From Parabacteroides merdae (GTDB lineage Bacteria; Actinomycetota; Actinomycetes; Actinomycetales; Bifidobacteriaceae), in NCBI GenBank assembly GCA_963623245.1, contig CAVFKU010000002.1, positions 1 to 48,555 of the forward strand: DNA of 48,555 nt, given 5' to 3'. Position 1 is the first letter of the stretch; each line of letters starts with the position of its first letter. The notes below the pieces were generated by a model, which ran no database searches, had not been told where the DNA came from, and was given only the letters and a program-made list of their open reading frames with translations. Below, piece by piece: positions 29,422 to 38,234 of the stretch. Made by a program: the position numbers and the translations under genes.

Positions 29422-29477
29422 TACCAATATATTAGCAATTTTGCACAAAACGGGCAGTAATTGCTAATATATTAGTA
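29422..29477 (+). promoter_or_regulatory. Palindromic operators and promoter of the hipBA operon
   Basis: 19-bp inverted repeat (18/19) at 29422-29440 and 29459-29477, each containing C(C/T)AATATATTAG. TTGCAC-N18-TAATAT ends 6 nt before the ATG. Confidence 0.75.
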
Positions 29478-29779
29478 TGCATTTCTTACTCGATGAGCCA
29501 CTGCCAGGCGATGTCACCAAGGCGATTGCCGAACGTATGGTGCAACGGCGCAAGGAACATCACATGAGCCAGCAGCGACTCGCCAAAGCAGCCAACGTGA
29601 GCCTTGGCTCCATACGTCGTTTTGAGCAGATACATGAGATATCGCTGACGTCGCTGGTCAATATCGCGTTTGCGCTGGATTGTGAAGCTGATTTCGCCGG
29701 CCTGTTCGCGAATCCATATTACGAAACCCTCGAAGACGTTGAGGCCGCGCGAAAGCGGAAAGGCGGTGGCCGAGCATGA
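29477..29779 (+). CDS. XRE/HTH_3 antitoxin (HipB-like)
   Basis: RRKEHHMSQQRLAKAANVSLGSIRRFEQ HTH; ATGA overlap with hipA. Confidence 0.88.
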   Translation: MHFLLDEPLPGDVTKAIAERMVQRRKEHHMSQQRLAKAANVSLGSIRRFEQIHEISLTSLVNIAFALDCEADFAGLFANPYYETLEDVEAARKRKGGGRA

Positions 29780-30945
29780 CCAAAGTCGACATGCGGATTC
29801 GTGACGTCGAACGGCTGTCCGTGCTTGTGCAAGGGAGGCAGGTTGGAACCGTCACCCTGTCGCCCAGCGGCACGATGGCCTTCTCCTATGATAAGGACTG
29901 GTTGCGGGATGGATTCAGCATCAGCCCGTTGAGTCTGCCGTTGCGCAAAGGCGTTTATATCGCCAATCGCGACCCGCTGTATGGCATGTTCGGAGTATTC
30001 GATGACAGCATGCCGGATGGGTGGGGTCGCTTGCTGACGGATCGCCTGTTGCGCAAACATGGTGTGGATCCGCACTCCGTGGGGATGCTGACCAGACTCT
30101 CCATTGTCGGTTCCAGCGGAATGGGCGCGCTGGAATACCAGCCTGAAACGCAACTTAAGGAAACCCATCTCGTCACCAATCTGGACGATATCGCGCGCGA
30201 ATGCGCAAGTCTGCTGAGCACGGATTTTTCCGAGGATCTTGACCGCTTGTTCGCACTTGGCGGCTCGTCCGGCGGTGCTCGTCCCAAAATCATGACGAAC
30301 ATCGATGGTGAAGATTGGATCGTCAAATTTCCGTCTTCCGTGGATGGGGTGGATATCGGCAAAGAGGAGTATCAGCTGTCGTTGCTTGCGAAGGAATGCG
30401 GCATTACCATGCCTGAGACGAGGCTGTTCCCGTCCAGCCAGTGTCCCGGCTATTTTGGTGTGAAAAGATTCGATCGCGTCAAAACCGATACCGGAACGTC
30501 CAAAGTGCACAAAGTGCACAAAGTGCATATGGTTTCCGCTGGGGGTCTGCTTGAAACATCGCACCGTTTGGCGAATCTTGATTATGCTCTGCTTATGCGA
30601 TTGACCATGCGTATCACCGACAATCCGGAAGATTGCGAACGCTTCTACAGGCTCATGTGCTTCAACGTGTTTGCGGGCAATCGTGACGACCATGCGAAAA
30701 ATTTCAGTTATCTCTATGAGGAAGAAACAGGCCGCTGGACGCTTTCTCCCGCATATGATCTAACGGAAAATCCCGGCATGAACGCAGAGCATACGACCGC
30801 AGTGAACGGCAAGGGCAAGAATATCGAGTTGGCGGATCTCGCAACCGTGGGGATGCAGGCCGGCATGGCAAAGTCCCGCTGCCTTTCAATCGCGCGCGAT
30901 ATTCGCCAGACGTTTGTGGCGAGGGGGATTGCGCCAAAGGACTAG
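29776..30945 (+). CDS. hipA: HipA family Ser/Thr kinase toxin
   Basis: N-terminal couple domain (FSY..DWL..GFSISPLSLPL, DSMPDGWGR), GGSSGGARPK loop, KRFDR, GNRDDHAKNFS, LSPAYDL. Confidence 0.93.
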   Translation: MTKVDMRIRDVERLSVLVQGRQVGTVTLSPSGTMAFSYDKDWLRDGFSISPLSLPLRKGVYIANRDPLYGMFGVFDDSMPDGWGRLLTDRLLRKHGVDPHSVGMLTRLSIVGSSGMGALEYQPETQLKETHLVTNLDDIARECASLLSTDFSEDLDRLFALGGSSGGARPKIMTNIDGEDWIVKFPSSVDGVDIGKEEYQLSLLAKECGITMPETRLFPSSQCPGYFGVKRFDRVKTDTGTSKVHKVHKVHMVSAGGLLETSHRLANLDYALLMRLTMRITDNPEDCERFYRLMCFNVFAGNRDDHAKNFSYLYEEETGRWTLSPAYDLTENPGMNAEHTTAVNGKGKNIELADLATVGMQAGMAKSRCLSIARDIRQTFVARGIAPKD

Positions 30946-30952
30946 CGGCGCA

Positions 30953-31001
30953 CGCGATGTGCAATGGTTGTAATGTGCGCCGTTCGCGATGTGCAATGGT
31001 T
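30953..31001. repeat. 17-bp direct repeat x2 (32-bp period)
   Basis: CGCGATGTGCAATGGTT at 30953-30969 and 30985-31001, between convergent hipA and AAA stops. Confidence 0.85.
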
Positions 31002-32361
31002 ACAGGCATCGGCTCATGTATAACGGCAGTTTTATGAGCTCGCTTTCCGCAGCAAGCTGACGTGGGTGCAGGATGTATTGTTTTCCCAGTCGTTGGCTAT
31101 ACGAGGAACGGAACTTATCCAGAGACGATGTGCCGTACCGCTTTGTCGATTTGACTTCCACGGGGCTGACGCGCGGTTTCATCGCGGCGTTGTCGTATTC
31201 GCGCACAATCAGGAAATCGATTTCCATGGTGCGAGCGGCGTCGCCCTTGGCATACCGCGAGAAAAACAGCAGCCGATGCCCCGCTGCCCGAAGTTGCTGG
31301 GCAACCGCGTTTTCCATGAGCATGCCTTCGTTGACGCCGATGTTGTCGAACAGAATGTTGCGATACACATCGTCGGGTGTGGCCTTGCGGTCTGCGAAGG
31401 TCTGGGCGACCAGCAGACCGGTGTCGCCCATGTAGCATTTGAACGACGAGCTGTCTTCGTAAAGCCTCAGCCCCACGGTGGGGTCGGTGGCGTTGCGGCA
31501 CAGATTGATCAGTCGCGCGTCGTCAAGCCAGAAGAAGGCGGCATCATACTCGCGCATGCGGGCGTCCTTGTCGAGTGAGGCCAGGGTGAACTTGCGTTCA
31601 TGTTTGGACAGTTGGGCTGGAACTTGCGTGAAGATGTTGCGCACCCTGCCCGCGTCGCCGTTCGCGAACTTGCCGATGTCGTCCGCATAGAGGCTGAGGA
31701 TGTCGCGTTTGATGACATCGACCTGCCCGAAATCGCGGCTGTCAACGTATTCCGCCACCGCTTGGGGCATGCCGCCCACCAGCACGTATTCACGCCACAG
31801 GCGCATGGCACGCTTGTGCAATGCGTCGGGCAGTGGGGTGAGGCTTTTGAATGCTTGTTGTATGGTCTCGTAGAGCAGCTCTTCGCCCATCGCCCAGCAG
31901 AATTCCTCGAAATCCATCGGCCCCATTTCCATCTTGCGTTCCTCTGAGGGGATGAGGATGTTTTGAACGTTACGTTTGATGGAGACGAGGGAGCCGGTTT
32001 CGATATAGTCAAAACGCCCGTCGGCCACGAGGTGCTTGATCATTTCGCGCGCGGGCGGGTGGAGTTGCACCTCGTCGAAGATGATGAGGGAGCGGCGTTC
32101 GTGCAGTTTGGTGCGGTAATACGTGGACAGCATCATGAAGAACGTGTCCAGATCGTCGCGCTGGGTGTTGAAGATGTCGAGCACGCTGTTCGGGGCCTGT
32201 GAGAAGTCCACGAGAATATACGATTCGTATGCGCTCTCGCCGAATGCTCTGGCGGCGGTGCTCTTGCCGATACGACGGGCGCCCTCGATGAGCGCCGCGG
32301 TGTGCCCGGCTGAGGTATTTCGCCAATTTTCAAGGTCTTTCAGGATTTTGCGTTTGAACAT
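31000..32361 (-). CDS. AAA+ ATPase (AAA_14) with DUF4143 / PD-(D/E)XK nuclease-like C-terminus
   Basis: GARRIGKS Walker A, LIIFDEVQ Walker B, ETGS, VGGMP, DTGLL, ENAV, EIDF...VEVKS. Confidence 0.9.
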   Translation of the reverse strand: MFKRKILKDLENWRNTSAGHTAALIEGARRIGKSTAARAFGESAYESYILVDFSQAPNSVLDIFNTQRDDLDTFFMMLSTYYRTKLHERRSLIIFDEVQLHPPAREMIKHLVADGRFDYIETGSLVSIKRNVQNILIPSEERKMEMGPMDFEEFCWAMGEELLYETIQQAFKSLTPLPDALHKRAMRLWREYVLVGGMPQAVAEYVDSRDFGQVDVIKRDILSLYADDIGKFANGDAGRVRNIFTQVPAQLSKHERKFTLASLDKDARMREYDAAFFWLDDARLINLCRNATDPTVGLRLYEDSSSFKCYMGDTGLLVAQTFADRKATPDDVYRNILFDNIGVNEGMLMENAVAQQLRAAGHRLLFFSRYAKGDAARTMEIDFLIVREYDNAAMKPRVSPVEVKSTKRYGTSSLDKFRSSYSQRLGKQYILHPRQLAAESELIKLPLYMSRCL

Positions 32362-32370
32362 ATTACCCCG

Positions 32371-32456
32371 TATTGCACGATGCCGCCGTGTGGATATGCT
32401 CTATATTACACGATGCCGCCGTGTGGGAGGTGCTGATTTTACACGATGCCGCCGTG
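32371..32456. repeat. Three-copy repeat, exact 33-bp period, 15-bp invariant core
   Basis: CACGATGCCGCCGTG at 32376, 32409 and 32442; the array begins 10 nt upstream of the AAA gene ATG. Confidence 0.95.
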
Positions 32457-32471
32457 AACAGACGAATGCGG

Positions 32472-32523
32472 GCTTGGAAAGGTGTTGTGTCGTTCGGCTA
32501 TAGTCTGCCCCTGCCTGAGCGGC
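32472..32523 (+). repeat. Right copy of imperfect direct repeat (degenerate duplicate of GH13 3' end)
   Basis: GCTTGGAAAGGTGTTGTGTCGTTCGGCTATAG versus GCTTGGGAGGGCGTTGTCATTCGGCTATAA. Confidence 0.8.
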
Positions 32524-32669
32524 GTGCGCCCTTCTGCCACTTCGCAATCGTCAGAAAACGTCGTTTCATGTCGAAGAACACGATAGTCTTCTATCTCAAA
32601 CGACTAGCGCTGTCCATAAACGAGGGGGGATTGCGCGCAATGACGCACGGCTCACCTAGAATGCGCCTT

Positions 32670-33935
32670 ATGGAACAAAAGGATGTATTGAAGGCATTGC
32701 GGCGCGACCATGCGGCGGAGTTGAAACTCGCCGCCGAACGGTTGAACGGCACGGCTCGTCACACCGAAATCATCGCCTCCCCTGTGTTGAGCGACATGAC
32801 CGGCCACGAGATTCTGCTCAAGCCCGAGAACCTGCAGGTCACCGGCTCCTTCAAGATCCGCGGTGCCTACAACAAAATCGCATCCCTGTCCCAAGAGGAA
32901 CTTTCCCGCGGCATCGTCACCGCCTCCGCCGGCAACCACGCGCAAGGCGTGGCCTACGCCGCCCGGGAGCGCGGCGCGAAAGCCACCATCTGCATGCCCA
33001 CCATGACCCCGCCACTCAAGGTGGACGCCACCAAGGCCTACGGTGCCGACGTGGTGCTTTGGGGTGATGTGTTCGACGAGGCCGCCGCGCACGCCGCCGA
33101 ACTGAGTGAAAAGGAAGGCATGATCTACGTGCCGCCTTTCGATGATTACGAAGTGCTGTGCGGCCAAGGCACCATTGCCATGGAAATCCTCGAAGACGTG
33201 CCGAACGTCACCGACATCATCGTGCCGTTGGGCGGCGGTGGCTTGGGCGCGGGCGTGGCGCTCGCCGTCAAGACCTTCAAGCCCGAAGTGCGCGTGATCG
33301 GTGCCATCCCCGAAGGCAGCCCCGCGTTCAAGAGCTCTTTCGCAGCCGGCCATGTGGTGCCGGCCGATCAGGTGGTCACCTCCGCCGAGGGCGTGGCCGT
33401 CAAGCATCCGGGCGACCTGACGTTCGCACTGCTGAACGAGTTCTTGGACGATCTGGTCACCGTCACCGAGCGCGACATCAACGAGATGATTCTGCTCATG
33501 CTCGAGAAGCACAAGCTCGTGGTCGAGGCCGCCGGTGCGGTTTCACTGGCCGCGCTTGAACACCTGAACCTGCGCTCGCGCAAGTTCGCCACCGCAGCCG
33601 GGCCGCACGTGGTGGTGCCGATCATGTCCGGTGGCAACATCGACACCGTCACAATAGGCGCAGTTATCCAAAAGGGCATGATTGCCCGCGGCCGCATCAT
33701 GAACTTCGAGGTCGAGTTGCCTGACACTCCCGGCCAGTTGGTCAAAGTGGCCACGCTGCTCGCCCGCGAACGCGCCAACGTCATTGCGCTCGACCACGAC
33801 CAGTTCAAGGCCTCCGCGCATTACACGAACTCGGTCTCCCTCGGTGTCACCGTTGAGACCAACGGCCCCGATCACATCGAGCGCGTCTTGGAAGCGTTGA
33901 AGGAAGAGGGCTTCCAGCCCAAGCGCATCTACTAA
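32670..33935 (+). CDS. ilvA: Threonine ammonia-lyase (short form with single ACT domain)
   Basis: KPENLQVTGSFKIRGA (PLP Lys), ASAGNHAQG, GGGGL, SGGNID, ACT ELPDTPGQL. Start ATG 32670 (alternative 32640). Confidence 0.95.
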   Translation: MEQKDVLKALRRDHAAELKLAAERLNGTARHTEIIASPVLSDMTGHEILLKPENLQVTGSFKIRGAYNKIASLSQEELSRGIVTASAGNHAQGVAYAARERGAKATICMPTMTPPLKVDATKAYGADVVLWGDVFDEAAAHAAELSEKEGMIYVPPFDDYEVLCGQGTIAMEILEDVPNVTDIIVPLGGGGLGAGVALAVKTFKPEVRVIGAIPEGSPAFKSSFAAGHVVPADQVVTSAEGVAVKHPGDLTFALLNEFLDDLVTVTERDINEMILLMLEKHKLVVEAAGAVSLAALEHLNLRSRKFATAAGPHVVVPIMSGGNIDTVTIGAVIQKGMIARGRIMNFEVELPDTPGQLVKVATLLARERANVIALDHDQFKASAHYTNSVSLGVTVETNGPDHIERVLEALKEEGFQPKRIY

Positions 33936-33958
33936 TTTTCGGCGTTACTTTCAGATAG

Positions 33959-34789
33959 TTACTCCAGTTTGCCGCGTTGCCATAGGGTGGCGCCGTGCTG
34001 AAAATCCTTGGCGGTGGTGGCGAGATTGCCAGCGGTGTGCAGTAAGCGAGCCGCCGTGGTGCGAATCCGTTTCCCCTCATCGAGGTCGTTGGGTTGGAGT
34101 TGTGCGGCTTGGGCGGTCATGCGTTTCGCCTCGATGCGCAAACCCAACGCCACTACATCGGTAAACGCGGCGGCTCGATTCAACGCTACGGCGAAATCGC
34201 CGGTGAATGCGCCCGAAAGAATCGAATCGGCAGTGCGCGCAATATCTTCTTCGGTGGGCGCCTGATCTACGCCGGCTATCGCCGAAGCGCTAGTTGCTAC
34301 CGGCTCGCCCATGCGCCACAGTCTGACAATGGGCTCGCGGTGCGTTCTCATCCACGAGCGCAGCAAATACAAGCGCCACAAAATACCTGGTAGCGAATCC
34401 GGCTCGGCGCGGCTCCACAGTTCGGCGATTTCATCAACGCCCACTGTTTCCACCAACGTCAATACACGCTCAACCACAGTCGGATCTTCGCTGTGACGCA
34501 CGCGATCTAACAGCGCCGCGGCCGAGAGATGACTGATTTCGCTGATTTCCTGCGGGTCCATGCCACCGGCAATATTGTCCGCCACGGAAGGGTCGAGCTG
34601 TGCTGGACGCGCGGGGCGCATCGAACCCAACATCGCTGGAACAAAACCGGCGCCCGAAGTGCGCAAGGAGCCGAAGCCGTGGGCGTCTGTACCAGTGGAA
34701 CGCGCCGAGGCGTGCGAGGCCACGGCAGCTGCCGAGGAATCGGAGGATTCGGATGCGCTGGATGCTTCAGGCGATGACGACCTAGTAGA
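33959..34789 (-). CDS. Conserved actinobacterial hypothetical protein
   Basis: ELWS....[14 protein letters not shown] and [19 protein letters not shown] blocks; start uncertain (TTG 34789 overlapping the mutT1 stop). Confidence 0.75.
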   Translation of the reverse strand, partial: STRSSSPEASSASESSDSSAAAVASHASARSTGTDAHGFGSLRTSGAGFVPAMLGSMRPARPAQLDPSVADNIAGGMDPQEISEISHLSAAALLDRVRHSEDPTVVERVLTLVETVGVDEIAELWSRAEPDSLPGILWRLYLLRSWMRTHREPIVRLWRMGEPVATSASAIAGVDQAPTEEDIARTADSILSGAFTGDFAVALNRAAAFTDVVALGLRIEAKRMTAQAAQLQPNDLDEGKRIRTTAARLLHTAGNLATTAKDFQHGATLWQRGKLE

Positions 34790-35876
34790 CAAGTGGCACC
34801 ACCTTCTGAATATCAATGATACGCAAGCCTGCGTCGCTCTGCTCTGGGACGGCGAACAGCACCAAAGCTGTGCCCGTGGTCATATAAGGCGATTTGGCAA
34901 TCAAGCGTTTGGCCAGCGCTTTCGAGGCACACAACTCACGTAAATGTTCGAACATACCGCCGATCACCGGCCTATGCATGCAAACCGCTGTAGGCGTGTG
35001 GTGTTCAACGGCATTGAGTATCTCGCCATAAAAACACTGCCAAGCGGCTTCAGGACTTGCCGCGAATGCATCCTCGGTGAGCGGTTCGAGCATGGCCATG
35101 TGTCGGTTCGTTTGCCAAGAGAACATTTCGACGGTTTCCATGCAACGAATCCACGGTGAAGTGGACAGGCGCACTGGATTAAAACAGGCGAGTTCGCGGC
35201 TCAGCGCGAACGCGCAAGCTGCCCCGCGCGGCGTGATGGGTCGGTTTGCATCGCTGCCTTTCCATGACTTGCGCGGTTCAGCCTTGCCGTGGCGCACAAT
35301 GAGAAACGGCACAGCCTGCTCGGCGCCCTCCTCAATGCGATCAACGAATGCAGCGAGCAGATCTTTGTCGGTGGAATGGGAGAGTTTTTTTCGCGCCTCG
35401 GCCACAGTGAGCCACAGCACCTCATCGATTTCCCCCACATCGGCGCGACGCACTGGCCCAAACGCTGAGCTCAGTCGCTGCTCATCCTCTTCGCTGATGG
35501 GCGTGGCCATCCAGAACAGCACATGCTTGGAATCCGCCGTGCGATTCTTGGTGTGCCGACTTTTCTTGCCCTCTTCATTCAGCGGGTACTCAACATCGCC
35601 AAGATATGGTCCGAGTGCCACAGGGATGCCGATTTCCTCGCAGATCTCACGCACTGCGGCATGGCGATGCGATTCGTTGGGGTCGAGTTTGCCTTTCGGC
35701 CAGCTCCAGTCGTTGTATTTCGGGCGATGCACCAAACAGACTTCGATTTCGCCTAACTGGTCGTCTCGGTTGTTTTGGCTGCTTTGAGCACTTTGCTCAT
35801 CGTGCCCACCTTGGCCGTCTACGCCTTGCTTTCGGCGGTACACAATGCCGCCGGCAGCTTCGATAACTCGCTTCAC
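34782..35876 (-). CDS. NUDIX hydrolase + histidine-phosphatase fusion (MutT1 type)
   Basis: [20 protein letters not shown]....[11 protein letters not shown]udix box and VRHGKA phosphatase motif; follows ppk. Confidence 0.92.
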   Translation of the reverse strand: MKRVIEAAGGIVYRRKQGVDGQGGHDEQSAQSSQNNRDDQLGEIEVCLVHRPKYNDWSWPKGKLDPNESHRHAAVREICEEIGIPVALGPYLGDVEYPLNEEGKKSRHTKNRTADSKHVLFWMATPISEEDEQRLSSAFGPVRRADVGEIDEVLWLTVAEARKKLSHSTDKDLLAAFVDRIEEGAEQAVPFLIVRHGKAEPRKSWKGSDANRPITPRGAACAFALSRELACFNPVRLSTSPWIRCMETVEMFSWQTNRHMAMLEPLTEDAFAASPEAAWQCFYGEILNAVEHHTPTAVCMHRPVIGGMFEHLRELCASKALAKRLIAKSPYMTTGTALVLFAVPEQSDAGLRIIDIQKVVPLVY

Positions 35877-35891
35877 AGTCGTGCACCGATT

Positions 35892-38129
35892 TTAGTTGTG
35901 GGCGCGGGGGCGGCGCTGATGCTGCTTGATCAGGTACTCTTGGCAGTCCACTAGCGGGCGGCCTTCCTCGTCCTTGGCATGGAGTTCGTAAGAGCCGTCT
36001 GGCTGCATGTGCCAGCTGATAGTGGAATCGGCCATTTGCAAGTCGATGTATTTGAGCAGCTCGTCCACCTGTTCGGGCGCGGTGATGCGTACCAGCGCTT
36101 CCACGCGACGATCAAGATTGCGGTGCATCAGATCGGCCGAACCAATCCACACTTCTGGCCCTGACATCGGGCCTTCGCCAATCTGCGGGCCATCGGAGTT
36201 GCAGAAAGCATAGATACGGCTGTGTTCCAAGAAACGCCCCAGAATCGAACGCACGCGGATGTTCTCGCTTAAACCAGGCACGCCAGGCTTCAACGAGCAG
36301 ATGCCGCGTTCGACAATGTCGATTTTCACACCGGCTTGGCTGGCACGATACAGCGCGTCGATGGTTTTCTCGTCCACCACCGAATTGACCTTGATCTTAA
36401 TCCACGCTTCCTTACCAGCACGGGCGGCGTCCTCCTCGCGGCGAATCCGCTGAATCAAGCCGGTGCGGATAGTACGCGGCGCCACCAGCAGACGGTGGAA
36501 ACTTGACTTTGGCGCGTAACCGCTTAACTGGTTGAACAGGCGCGTCATATCTTGGCCGACCACTGGGTCGCAAGTCAGCAACCCCAAATCGGTGTAAATA
36601 CGCGCGGTCTTCGGGTTGTAATTGCCGGTGCCCACGTGACAGTAGCGCTTCAAGCCGTCCTGCTCCTGACGCACCACCTCGATGAGCTTGCAGTGGGTTT
36701 TCAATCCCACGATGCCATACACCACATGCACGCCAGCGCGTTCGAGTTTACGCGCCCAAGCGATATTGGCATCCTCGTCGAAACGTGCTTTAATTTCCAC
36801 CAGCGCCAGCACCTGCTTGCCCGCGTGCGCTGCGTCAACCAGTGCGTCAATGATTGGCGAATTGGAGCTGGTGCGATACAGCGTTTGCTTGATGGCCAGC
36901 ACCTTCGGGTCTGCGGCGGCCTGCGCGAGGAACGCCTGCACTGACGTGGAGAAGGAATCGTACGGGTGGTGCAACAAAATGTCGTGTTCGCGAATAGCGG
37001 CAAAAATATCCTGTGCACGACTCGATTCGACTTCTGCAATCTGACGATTCGTAATCGGGATAAAAGCGCGGTTCTTCAAGTCCGGCCGGTCGATGCCACT
37101 TAGCTCGAACAGCACAGTCATATCGAGCGGAGTGGGCAGGCGATATACCTCTTCATTGCTTACGCGCAATTGATCGGCAAGCAGCTGTGAGAGGAACGGG
37201 CTGGTCTTGTCAGAAATTTCCAAGCGGATCGGCGGCCCGAAACGGCGGCGCAGCAGCTCCTTTTCCATGGCATTGAGCAGATTTTCAGCGTCATCCTCTT
37301 CCACGTCGATGTCCTCGTTGCGGGTCACGCGGAAGGAGCGAGCCTCTTTGACAATCATGCCGGGGAACAACGATTCGAGGTGTGCGATAATGAGGTTCTC
37401 CATGGTGATGAAGCCATATCGTTCCTCTTTGGACTCTTCGTCGGTCATGTCGTCCACCGGCACCAAGCGATTCAGGTTGCCTGGAATCTTAACGCGAGCG
37501 AAGTGCGACTTGCCGGAAGTTGGGTTTTCCACCAGCACTGCGAGGTTGATGGAGCCGCCGGAAATGTAAGGGAACGGGTGAGCTGGATCCACTGCCAACG
37601 GAGTAAGCACGGGGAATACTTGCTGGCGGTAATAGCGCGACAGGCGTTCCTGCTCAGCGGCAGTGAGTTTGTCCCAGTCCAACAGCACCACATGCTCGTC
37701 GGCGAGAGCGGGCAGGATGTTGTCGATTACGTAATGCGCGTGCTCGTCTTGAAGGGTGTGCGCTTGTTCACTGATGGCGCGTAATTGCTGGCGCGGGCTT
37801 AAGCCAGAGGGTGAGGACATGGCGATGCCTGAATCGATGCGGCGCTTCAAGCCTGCCACACGCACCATGAAGAACTCATCGAGATTGTTGGCGAAAATCG
37901 CCGCAAAATTCGATCGTTCGAGCAGTGGCTGGTCTTCGTCCTCAGCAAGTTCAAGTACGCGCTTATTGAATTTGAGCCAGCTCAGCTCGCGGTCGAAAAA
38001 GCGGTCGGTGGGCAGCGGAGCCTCACCTTCCAAGGTTTCGCGCCGGTCGCTCTTGTCCGTTTCTGCGATATGTTCTGCAATCTGACTGCGCAGAATCGCT
38101 TTTGAGGGTGCGTCAAAAATCTGTGCCAT
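35892..38129 (-). CDS. ppk: Polyphosphate kinase 1
   Basis: [73 protein letters not shown]. Confidence 0.97.
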   Translation of the reverse strand: MAQIFDAPSKAILRSQIAEHIAETDKSDRRETLEGEAPLPTDRFFDRELSWLKFNKRVLELAEDEDQPLLERSNFAAIFANNLDEFFMVRVAGLKRRIDSGIAMSSPSGLSPRQQLRAISEQAHTLQDEHAHYVIDNILPALADEHVVLLDWDKLTAAEQERLSRYYRQQVFPVLTPLAVDPAHPFPYISGGSINLAVLVENPTSGKSHFARVKIPGNLNRLVPVDDMTDEESKEERYGFITMENLIIAHLESLFPGMIVKEARSFRVTRNEDIDVEEDDAENLLNAMEKELLRRRFGPPIRLEISDKTSPFLSQLLADQLRVSNEEVYRLPTPLDMTVLFELSGIDRPDLKNRAFIPITNRQIAEVESSRAQDIFAAIREHDILLHHPYDSFSTSVQAFLAQAAADPKVLAIKQTLYRTSSNSPIIDALVDAAHAGKQVLALVEIKARFDEDANIAWARKLERAGVHVVYGIVGLKTHCKLIEVVRQEQDGLKRYCHVGTGNYNPKTARIYTDLGLLTCDPVVGQDMTRLFNQLSGYAPKSSFHRLLVAPRTIRTGLIQRIRREEDAARAGKEAWIKIKVNSVVDEKTIDALYRASQAGVKIDIVERGICSLKPGVPGLSENIRVRSILGRFLEHSRIYAFCNSDGPQIGEGPMSGPEVWIGSADLMHRNLDRRVEALVRITAPEQVDELLKYIDLQMADSTISWHMQPDGSYELHAKDEEGRPLVDCQEYLIKQHQRRPRAHN

Positions 38130-38234
38130 GCGTTTTATCCTAAGCGTTCAGCTGGAGGATAGTCCAGCAAATGAATGAAAGTTCAACAGGTGGTTTACAT
38201 TTCGTCATGATTTACGGTTACTTGCGCCGCTTGC

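Larger units (their letters stand above)
29381..32471. mobile_element. ~3.1 kb accessory islet (hipBA + AAA/DUF4143), no mobility gene
   Basis: Defence/TA-type genes bracketed by an imperfect direct repeat between two housekeeping genes; no integrase or transposase inside. Confidence 0.55.

Noticed and set aside
31533..31548. Complementarity between the repeat core (GGCGGCATC) and the AAA coding sequence (YDAA codons)
   Set aside because: Only 9 exact nt (12-13 with G-U pairs) in GC-rich DNA; plausible by chance, so not claimed as guide or antisense pairing.
32371..32456. Repeat array as a CRISPR mini-array
   Set aside because: Only three units, a 33-bp total period, linkers of about 10-18 bp that resemble each other, and no cas genes in the window.
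30920..32636. CGAGGGGG(G)ATTGCGC at the end of hipA and again upstream of ilvA
   Set aside because: Short, needs a gap, and does not coincide with the islet boundaries; treated as chance.
32373..32669. 99-aa N-terminal extension of IlvA containing (LHDAAV)3
   Set aside because: The frame stays open because the DNA repeat period (33) is a multiple of 3; it runs through the divergent promoter and the duplicated glucosidase end and has no SD.
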